A stretch of 64,000 bases of DNA, counting the filler, from Sphacelaria rigidula (lineage: Eukaryota), in assembly GCA_964200075.2 (NCBI GenBank). It is 4 parts of 4 records of this genome, joined end to end, with 100 filler letters (N's around TTAATTAATTAA, not from the genome) between each part and the next. Parts side by side here need not be neighbours in the genome. Positions count along the whole stretch, not along the records: positions 32,229 to 48,241 come from CAXNAA020001518.1; 3 more parts are not named here. One strand, 5' to 3'. A model generated the notes under the pieces. That model did not search any database, was not told the DNA's origin, and was given only the letters and a program-made list of their open reading frames with translations. A program made the translations under genes and the position numbers. Below are positions 34,321-44,827 of the stretch, piece by piece. Within the stretch, counting starts at the first letter, position 1, and every line of letters starts with the position of its first letter.

Positions 34321-36443
34321 AAAAAGCAACAAAAAAAAACAGATGGAGTTATACTGTAGTCTAACTCTGTCACACATGGTTTTCCCGGTCTTCTGGTGCC
34401 CGCAGCCGCAGTACAGTACCGTACGGAGGCAGGATGATATCCAAGACAACGACGGCCTCACAAGCGGTGCTCTGTCCATTGATTTACGCGTTACTGTACC
34501 CACCGTTTGCTCTTAGCTTGCTACTGCCTCCTGCGCGGCGTTGGATACGAGGCATGATTTAACATAGCTCCACCGTCGTTGTTGTGTATTTTTTCGTGCT
34601 GCTCGGACGGAACATAACCCGAGAAAACGACTGCACCCGCATCTATGCCGTGTTCAGGAAGCGAACAGATATATATATATATAATATAATATATATATGC
34701 TGTGTGTTCGGTCCGTCCCCGCATGACACGTCACTGATCTCTGCGGCCTCTTGCAGAAGAACGAGTTCGATACTCGGCGCGATCACTTCTTCTTTCCCAC
34801 AGGCGAGGAAAGATATCTCCTATAGTTGAGGAGAGATGTTAGAACGTGCACGCCCACCCTGAACACTTCGACAGCGTTGGCGAAGGGCAACCCGGAGAAG
34901 GCGCCGAGAGTAAGAACTCAAAAATACTTCTTTTGTTCGTCAGAAAGAACTTCAAGTGGTGGAATTCTCTCTGATGAACATGCTGCTAACTCCCTCTGGT
35001 GGGCTGCCGTGCTGTTGTTCTAGATGGCTCGCTTCAGTTGATGCGGTACAGACATGAAAAGCATTGTTCCTGCAACTGACTGGCCAGCTCTGGCGCAATC
35101 TTCTTGCGATACAAATACAGCCAGTATCGCGACAGACAGTTGTTGAGGTACAACGCTGGAAACAGCCAAGCACTCTACACGGGATAGCAGACAGCTAACG
35201 CAATCATACATCTTTCTTGCGTGTACGATCCCGTGTGCTACAGCGCCGCTTCTTTTCGAAAGTAAAACTTTCAATTTCTCCTCCGCTTGCTTCGTGACTT
35301 GGTGCTTATGAACACTAGTATCGATTGATTGATTTCTCACGTGTTGACTGCGCATCTTCCTTTCAGCTCTCCTCCTGCTACTGTCCTGGGCTGTAGCAAA
35401 CTAACAAAGGGGAATCAAGCCTGGACTGTCCTGGGCTGTTGTAAGCTATCAAAGGGGGATCAAGCCCGAACCAGGCCCGGACAACAAACAACAAAACAGT
35501 GCAATCTTGTTGACCTCTCTGCCCAAGCTCTGCGCCTCAAAATACGCGACAAGCATCATGGAAAACAACGAAAATATCTCTGATCCAGTTTAATTTAGTT
35601 ACAGCGACCCATATCTCCTATGAGCTCAGTCCCAAACCGGGCATAACGGTACTCATACAATTCGTGAGATCAGGCAGGGCTTCGAGGCTCAGTTCTTTGT
35701 GAAGCTACTGCAGTACGAATCAGGTGAGACCATTAAATATATTCGTACCTTTCTCGTCTTTTTGCCCTTGTATCACGCTCGACGTGGAGCCTCAACGGGT
35801 GCATCGGAGGACAGTCCTGTTACTCCGCCCTGTCTGTGTACTGTCTGTCGATCCACACCCGTTTTTGCTCTGTTCAAATGCTTGTTGTGAACGTACGTAC
35901 GAGTACAGGCAGACAGTGCATAACATATCGCCCCATAGGGCTCGTGTGCCGTGAAATTGGAATGGAAAGCGAAGGATCGGTATGGTGAGCCAGCAGCACT
36001 CACTTATTTGGCCTACCAGTGTTATTCCTTTTCAATAATATAGAGGCGCTGTTTTTGAAGGTTAGACGCCAAGAAAATCCGCACCTCGCTTGTGATGACG
36101 CCGAAACTTGGATGGTGTGTTGATTGGTACTACAGCAAGGTGTTGGAGCCGCAGCCGTGGCTGCACAAGGCGCTGAAGGCCCGGTCTGTATTGAAATGGT
36201 GGATACCATTCTCATCAGATTATTTTTTTGTTTACCACCTCCTGTCTGATGACGATTATAGTATGTACAATCTCGGTCAGACTCGCCGACCGCAATGGAT
36301 CCTTGCGGCTTCATCGTCAATCGTCGCCCAGTTAGGGATGACCGCTCGCGCAAAACCGGAAAAGAAGCAGCATCTATCCCCCACCATATATGTGAGGGTC
36401 TAGGCTGAACGTTTGCCGGTCCGAAAAGCTCGACACGTGAAGG

Positions 36444-37509
36444 TTAACCCTTTTGGGACTGGGCCTCCGGAACCACCAATAAGGCTGGTCAGGAATGACG
36501 TGGCTTGCATATGCATGAAAAAGTGGACTCATGTTGCTCAAAATCCACGCATTTATGTAACCGCAAGCTTAGAGGAAGACCGAAAGTCCATCCAATCTCT
36601 TTTCAGGTGCAGGTACAAACTATACTGTAGTTCGGGTGTTGTGCGCATCAGGTGATGTGCAGATCTATCAAGCAGTACTGTATGAGTCGCCGTGGAGAGC
36701 TCTCAACAGGATGTGGCAACCGCCGCCCGCCACTCGTGCCCCTGGATATTATCCCCATCACCTTGCCACACAGCCCTTTGTGGTCGGGCTGGGCCGCGAT
36801 TTCCCTCTTTGTTGCAAGCGGCAAATTCTCTTCGAACGGCATGGGCGTTGCGCCGCACATACAGTACAGTACGCCTCTTGGAATGCAGCAGCAGCTGCCG
36901 CTGCATACGCCCTCACACGTTCTGGGCAGTTCTCCGCGACGGAGATCAGCTGCCTGTACACAGCTTGCTCGTTCCCGTCCATTACTTACGACCTCACCGC
37001 CGCTTGTACCGCCTCGACAGAGAGATCCGCAAAACTCATGCCTCCAGCTCCGTCTCCGTCTCTCGTCCCACAGCGTTGCTAGATTCAGTCGCCTTGTGAA
37101 TATGACTACATATTTAGTAAGGTACATATATCCCCGAATTTCCCCCGAGCGCCCTGTGCTAGTTTAATCCATGGGTTTAAATATAAGATGGTAAGCCAAA
37201 AAATCGGGGGGGTGGAAGTCAGACCTATAAGTGCACGTAAGTAATGAAAACATCGGGGAACCGAACCCCGACCACCGCGGCTGTTTTTTGCTTCGAAGGT
37301 ATTTTTGTGGGCCAGTGGCAGGGTACACACACCAACTTGGCAGCGACATCACTCCCGGCGACAGCTCCCCCCCCCCACTGGTCGTTCGAAACTGGTCGAT
37401 AAATCCCGCCTTGCCGTGATTGGGCAGATCGCTCCCAGACTTGTTTATTATTATTTTGCTAATACATGATGAAGCCCTTGTTACTGAAGATCAGTCCCAA
37501 AAGGGTTAA
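36444..37509. mobile_element. complete non-autonomous piggyBac-type element (1058 bp) with TTAA target-site duplication
   Basis: TTAA(36444-47) CCCTTTTGGGACTG ... CAGTCCCAAAAGGG TTAA(37506-09): perfect 14-bp TIRs and no recognisable transposase. Confidence 0.88.
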
Positions 37510-39613
37510 GCTTCTCTGACGCGACCGCTGCGTTCTGCCATGCGACCCTTCCCCACGTACCCGACAAGTGGACAACATCCCCGTACAGACAGTAGCAATG
37601 CTAGTGGATGCAAGGTCCTGACAGTCTGGCAGCCGGTAAGGTACAATAGTAATGGTGGCAAGGGTCGGACGAATTAATGATTCATCCGGACAACTTGATT
37701 TTAGTGTGATTGATTCGTACGGTACGAATAAATCTTCACGCTTTGTTTTCAGCATTGCAACCCAAGTACGCGAAGCCCAGGCACGTGGATTGGCGCAAAC
37801 GTTGCGTGGAGATCTGTTTGACGAGCGATTGACTTCTCCTCTCTCTTTCGATCAATCAGGCCTAAGAAATCGTGGATTTGGTGATTCGAACCGGCGATGA
37901 TTCGTCCGAACCGTAATGATAGTGTCCTTCTGGGGATATCAACTTACAGTGCACTGGAGCAGAGTTTGCAGGTGAATATTTGGCGATTTCCTCACCTGAA
38001 GTTCGCCCACATGTTGCGGATTTTTCACGATCTCACAGAGTAACATTATATTTGGAAATATACCAGACTCTGGACAAGGAGAATTAAAAGATTGTACAGT
38101 CGGTACGAACACAATGTTGAAAGTTTACTGCACACAGTATTAAATATATTGCCGACTATAATATTGTGTACTGTACGACGATAGGTGGCGACCACGCTTC
38201 GCGTTCCAGCGCATCACCACGCCAAGGGCGTAGTATATGGAGTGTGAAATCCGCCTGAGAAGGAAGCATTTCAATTGCTTTTGAAGAAAACGAGAACGGC
38301 ACGATCGTTTGTACCCATGTCTGGCGGCGCAGCTGATGGCTTTGAAATTAGAAGACTCCGTCATTACCAACATGAAGTGCAGTGTAATACGCTGATGCAA
38401 TTTATGGTATACAGACAGTACCCATACCGCAATACTACGTAATCGAATCTGATATACGGCGTAACCGGGGCGTAACCGCATCTAGTATTTATTTGGATAC
38501 TTTCCCAAGATACACTCCCAATTTCCAGAGCAACTTCGCTGTGGATTTCTCGCCTGCGCCTGCGCGTTCCATATTGAAACTTTGCACACTATTCAAACAC
38601 AACACAAACAGCAAATGCGCGAAGTATCCGCGCGATTGGGCCCCACTCTTTCCCACAACATGGCCACAGGCGACTTCGGGGAATGCCGTCCATGCGCCCT
38701 CAAATCGGCTTTACAGGAGCGCAGACTTTGCGTACTACAGGCGAGTGCTTACATGCACGCGCAGGTGCGCAAAGTTAGACATGTTGAGCGACTGGGCGGC
38801 CAATTTGGTAGCAGACTGACACCGGTCTGTACTGCGACCCATTGTGGATCATAACCATCTGTAGTGTACCGATCGGCACACAGTCTGTAGAGCTGCGCAG
38901 GTCAAGGTCTAGGTGCTAAGGGCCGCCCCCCCGCGTGATGTGCGTGAAAAATTCGGAGCGAAAACGTTCAAAATGGCGTGTTGAGCTGTTTTCGCGTTTC
39001 TGGCCATTTTTCGTACCTTTCTTGGGCAGAAGACGAAAATGTGCACCTTTTTTAGGCCATTGCTGTAAATACAACACTGTTTTCTTCTCGTCCATTATCA
39101 ACTTCCACTCCTACCTCACGCCTTTGTTTTCTCGCCACTGTTGCAGTATCATCACCAATTTCCTACATGGGGCGTAGTTTCTATTTCCATCATGTGTCGA
39201 CAAAAACAACATCAATAAGTGCTCTGCCGGGATTCAAACTTCGGTCTCCGTTTGTTTCGACGCACTCTGTAACATTCGTCACGTTGAGCACATTTCCACG
39301 CCTGCAATAACACAGTAACGGCCGAAATTCGTCACGTTCTGTTCACCGTGTCCTCGCCGACCCTCCCGCCGGGAGCGGCGCCGAAAACGTCTGTTTTGTT
39401 TTTCTCGTGCGATTGAAATACTGCACCCGCAATTGCATCGTTTCCGGCAGAGAATAGTAGTCCCAGCTTCCGCAGAAAAACAAGAATACCACAACTCTAG
39501 TCAAGGACCAAAACATCACGAGAAAAATATATACGTGCGCCTCACTTCATCACGGTGACGTCAATATAATCCCAACGAATCTTTTACTGCCGTATTATGA
39601 TGTAATACTATTT

Positions 39614-41280
39614 CCGCACATTAGTCTGATCTCTCAAACCCGTGGTGACACGTAGGCTCATCGTTGAATACCTTACCTGCTATTGCTTACAAGACATATG
39701 AGTCCTCGTTATTTTTTCTTGACATTCCACACCAATTACGAAAACAAACACAATGAAGTAAAATCCCACCAAAACAAAGATAAGATGGGAGACGCCAGGG
39801 AAACACGTGAGAAATAGCTTTCCCGAGTTCAACGGGACAAGAAAGAAAATAAAACTTCAGATCTGCTGAAAAAGCACACCGAAATAAAAGGTGAAGAGAA
39901 TAAGAGGTAAGAAAAGACAGATGACACAAGGGGATTAGCATGACCACCAAGCGAGGGTCAAGTCAGAAACAGCCCCAGGCACCGTCATGGATAACTACCA
40001 CAGCTGTTCGGAAGACGGCAGATGTACCAGCGAGTGTACCACCCGATGGACTACTGCTCACCTTCCGGAGGTCCTCGGTAGGCACTGGGAGAGCTCAAGT
40101 GGCAGCACAGCAGGCAACTCCTTAGCATGGCGTGCTTTGCTCCACGTTGCCATGTACGCGTTAGCCCCCTTCTCTACAACTCGGGGCCATTCGGACACAT
40201 CTTGGGCAACCTGCGTCCACGATGTCGCGTTTATTTTAAAGTACGAACAGTAGTCCGTGATACAGTGTTGTAGGCGTCTTGCTGGTCGGCCTTCCCTCGT
40301 CTTTCCTCCAACCGTCACTCCACGCATGACGATGTTGGGCAGGCGTTCATCGTGCTTGCGCACAGCGCGGGCGGCGTGTAGGAGGGTCCGTTTTATCACG
40401 GTGGCCTTAACGCACTCGCAGCTAGTTCTTTCGAGGACCTCATGGTGTGACAGCATGTGGTTGTCAGGGGCGCTGCGGCTTGACGTACGCTCATTGATGC
40501 ACCTTAGCAGGAATCCTCGATGGGCCTCTCGTAACGCGCCGAAAATGTCGTGTGCGATCGTCCAGATCTCACTGCCGTACAGCATTACTTCGATCATTCC
40601 AGTCTTCAGGAGACGAACCTTGGTGAGCAGGGCGATGTACGGGTTAACGTAACCGCTCTGCTGTACTTGTAGAAGCACGTCCACGCCGAGCCAACGCGGG
40701 TGCGGATCACCGATGCTGCTGATTTTTTCGCCAAGGTAGAAGAGAGACTCAACTTGCTCGTATCTTCGGCCCGCCCCCTCCACCTCGACCGTATCCGTCC
40801 CCATGTTCGGAGAGCGCATGTGCATGGTGACCGTCTTCTCTTCCGCCATGACGAGGCCGAATACCGCACATACTTCGACGATGTCCGCATCATTGCCACC
40901 GCTTCATTGATCGAGAAGCGGCCGAACGTCACCGTCAGTACTGCCGCTAAGATGTTGAACAGACCGGGGGAAAGCACACAACCTTGACGAATCCCCAATT
41001 CGCGTTAAACCACAGATGTATCGCCGCTGTCAAGGCGTACGCATGCCCGCATACCGTCGTGGAAATGGCGAATGATGGAAATTACCTTGGCGGGGATACC
41101 GTAGCGTGCGATAACTTTCCAGAGAAGAGAGCGGTCCACTGAGTCGTATGCCTTTTGGAGGTCGATGAAGCACATGTCCAGAGGAAGACTCTTCTCTCTG
41201 GCCAGTAAGTTCTTGGAGCCTGCTCACAACGAACATCATGTCGACTGTGGACGGCCCAGGTCGGAAACCGCACACAGATA
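39614..41280 (-). mobile_element. RTE-like LINE, 5'-truncated and decayed, with 3' UTR
   Basis: CGFRPGPSTVDMMFVVSRLQE, CFIDLQKAYDSVDR, GIRQGCVLSPGLFNI, VESLFYLGEKIS, VMLYGSEIWT and RLPNIVMRG...GRP across several frames; the YADD region is lost. The 3' UTR (39614-39945) recurs at ~63178-63455. Confidence 0.92.
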
Positions 41281-41439
41281 AACATTACAAAGAAAGCGCA
41301 GGATTTTCAACGGGTACCAGGCGACGGTCGTCTCGACTACATTTTCCTTCTACTTCAGGAGGACTTGGCTGTCAACAACGCATCCCCTTGAACACCTCTG
41401 ACCACGTTGACGTCATCTCCGTGACACGTCAATAAAGGG

Positions 41440-41474
41440 ACCGCAGCCGGCCGAAGGCCGGTCAAGACCCTGGT
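41440..41474 (+). mobile_element. Helitron-like 3' terminus (GC hairpin + CTRR-T)
   Basis: ccggcc-gaa-ggccgg hairpin (41447-41461), 8 nt, then CTGG followed by T. Confidence 0.5.
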
Positions 41475-41692
41475 ATATATACGTCCTCTGTCTCATAATG
41501 GTGGTGTTGTTGCTTTTGTTGTTATCACTGCTCCCTTTCTTCTTTCCTTTCTGAGGCCGTTGCTTCTGTCTTTTTCTGTTCCTTTCTTTCTTTTTTCTTT
41601 TATTTTTCTGTTTTTTTTGCTGCTCCTGACCACGGGCTGGATTGCTGCAATCAGCTAATGTGAGATATTCAATCGTCAATGAATCAATAAGT

Positions 41693-42237
41693 TAGGGTAC
41701 CTAAATTTGTACCGGCCCTCAACCGTGTCCGATCTGTTTTTCGATGTCTTGTCGAAATCTTCGGTGTTTTTCGAGTAAACAACACGTGTTTTTTTCAGCC
41801 AGTGCTTGAACCATGCGGTTGAACGGCTGAAGAAAAATCAGCCGGCCCCAAAATGGCCGTATTTCACGCGTTTCCCACGGGAAATAAAATGTCGAAAACC
41901 ATTGTCGCCATTGCGTAGCGGTTACCAACCGATATCTCGGCTCCTCGTTTGCAGGTGGGGGTGTGATGGGGAGCGAGTCTATCGCTAGAATGGTGTAGTG
42001 GGCAGGTAGGGTACTAAATTTGGACGCTTTCGAGATTTTCTCGAGAATTCGAATCATTCTCAAAAGGATTCTCGAAATAGACCAAAACAGGGTATATTTT
42101 ACCCCATTATGGGTAAATAGACCCCCCCTTTTTTCCTTTCTCTCGCTTCGTCTTGGTTTTATCTTTTTAACGAACCCGACTATAGTATCCTCGCTATTTC
42201 GGTTGTACCCACACAACGTTTGCCCATAGGTACCCTA
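41693..42237. mobile_element. MITE-like element with short TIRs
   Basis: ta-gggtaccta ... taggtaccc-ta (9-bp TIR plus TA flanks), non-coding interior. Confidence 0.45.
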
Positions 42238-43879
42238 TCTCATGAGACGGAGGAAGTATATATATTACTTGAAGGAAGGAGGAAACCTCACCCAACACGC
42301 ACCACACGAACTGGGTCGTGTGCCGATTACCCGAAGGGTCGGCTTGATCCCAATGAGTTGTGCATAAAAGAGGGGTTTATTCAATATGCTGCTGGATCGA
42401 CAGGTACAGTATATGCCGACATGCACCATACACCGTGTCTTCGATACAACAGATGGACCTATCGAAAGGTGGAAATCAGTGTGAAGTGAAGTTCATGGCT
42501 CGCCGGCGCTATTCGACGTGTTCGATATAGCATAACGAAACGTATGCGGAAATGAGTGAAGTGCACGCTGAGGCTCGCCAGTGCTGTTCGACAGATATTG
42601 CCATGTGCAGAGCATCTCCATATTTTCCTCGGTACGCCTTCCGTGTAAAGTGTTTTCACAACATATCGATGGCCCGTGGTGTAAATTATGTACATTATGG
42701 TGATGATACTCTTTGTATAGTTCGTGCTTTGGAGGTAGAAGAGAGTTTTGTGAAAAAAACTGAACTCAGCGATAAGCCCAGGCTAGTTTTGTTTTATTTT
42801 ACCAGGTAGGTATGGACCGTGGCCAATTCTCCAGGGTTTAGTACTTCGTGATCCGAATGCCACGTGGCCGGTGTCATGAGTTGAAGAGGTGAAACTTGTG
42901 CGGTGCTGTTCTGTGTTTGTACTCTGCGCTTACCAATGCGGTGCTACCCGGACAGCGCGGAAGAGCATGTACGAAGCCGTGCTACGATAGGTCGGGTGAT
43001 TGATTCCAGAGGAAGATGATTCATAGGTGTTTCGGACAACCTGACACACTCACCGTGCGCTAGTATTTGGGTAAAAATGCGTCAAGCAGTCTGAATGAGC
43101 GTTATTCATCGGTAACACACCCTTTCGGACGATCTTTGCTGCTTATAACGATGATTCGAACTTGAATTTCGTGAAAGCAATGGCCCAAAATACCCCCCGT
43201 CCTATCCAAGCATTTCTACAGTTGTCTGTGCTGTTCCCGTACCGTTGAATACGCGACAGCAGTGTCAACACAGCTTCTGGGGACGATCCTGGCACAGTAC
43301 ACAGCGTTGGGCACACAGGCAGTGCACCTCGGCGCCCGCTAGTCATAAGTCCTGCACTTGTCCGTTTGTGGTACAGCATTGGTTTATTGATTTATTGACC
43401 GCCACACATGAGCACGGTGCATGTGTATCTCCCTGCACAAGTCGGCCAGTCATTCGCGATATCGACATTAACTCTTCATGCATACCACGCAGGAACGGCA
43501 AGTAAATTTCGTGTATAACCGTCCCTTTTTCGATTTACAGTATATATTACAGCAATCTATCCTGTCTCCTCGTTGTGTTGAGTTCAACTTTGCTGAATAA
43601 CTCCAGCATCCAGTAAGGCTCTGAGTTTCGCTTATCGCATGGAGAGGCGGAAGTGCCAAGTATTTGCTGTACCTTCTGCAACTAGTTTCTTTCAGTCGCC
43701 CTCTCTTCAATGTTGTGGCTTTTCGAGCGATCCCTTGTTGTATAAGTCAATGCTGGGGAAGAAAACGTGGGATTTTGTGATTTTTCGGCAGAATTTGCTA
43801 GTCGTTCATGAGAAGGCATGCCCGGTTCTTACCCATTTTTTGGAAGTACGAATCTGCGTGTTTTTGCGATCATTTCCCG

Positions 43880-44827
43880 CCCTCGTTTCTCGCATGCATG
43901 CCAATGGGTGTTGCGGAAACAGGCCATTCGTAGCTGTCTGTCGCCGAGAATTTTCAATGCCTTTTTGGGCCTGGAGTCGTGGCCAGGTTGTATCAACGCC
44001 CAACCCTACAGCGCTTTACGCACTAGAGGGTCAGACATTCGCGGAACGGTATGACAAAGACGCTGAATTTCTCCTTTATCGTACCACTTCATGCGAGCAT
44101 TTGGCCCAAGTTGAGTGTGCCGGGTTCTCTTAGGTGTTGACATTTGTTGAGTATGTGTTGAAAATTCGTGATGCTATCCGCATAACACAACTCACGACAA
44201 CCCACGACTGGCTACAGAGTTCGTGTGGATGCTCCAGACCTTCTAACCTTCATGAATAATTTGGATGTGTTGTATTTTTTTCAATCGATGCCATCCTCCG
44301 ACACTGATGGTTTCAGTGCTCATGTATGCCATGGATTGGGAGCGGCGGCGCTGTCAGCAAGAAAAAAGGTAGGGTTATGCCAAGCTCTCCACGACGAAAC
44401 CAGCAGCACCATTTCATGTTTTGCAAAGTGAACGTTCGGCAGGGCAAACGCCTACCCATTTGGATCGTGTCGTAAAGGTCCACGCGAGATATTTGCAACT
44501 CGTACTCACCATTTTCTTTCGAAGTGCTGCATGTCGCATCCGACAAACACCGTTGACAATGTTCGACGCCGGTTTTGAATCCGTTCGGTGTTCTCAGGTA
44601 ACATCGCAGGGGACAACCACGAAGTGCTCATTTAGCTCGGCTATTCGACAGGGTATTCCCGGGCAGCAGCCGAAACTGTGTGCACTTGGCATGTGTCTCC
44701 GACGTTCCGGGGTGCTACTTCGGCAATGCACCTAGGATGGCTGCTTGACATGTCCATCGTATGGCGTAAGCGAGGCATACATTGTTGAGGTTCGTGCAAA
44801 CTACACCAGAGTGGCAACGGTCAATAC
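43880..44827 (+). pseudogene. decayed EsV-1-7-like repeat remnants upstream of the intact ORF
   Basis: QCT*DGCLTCPSYGVSEAYIVEVRANYTRVATVNT (~44725-44828) is a recognisable unit with a stop, out of frame with the ORF. Weaker traces are HANGCCGNRPF (~43895) and SARKKVGLCQALH (~44355). Confidence 0.5.

Noticed and set aside
34700-35355. Long minus-strand frame with few stops (possible pseudogene)
   Set aside because: No recognisable motif or splice structure was found.
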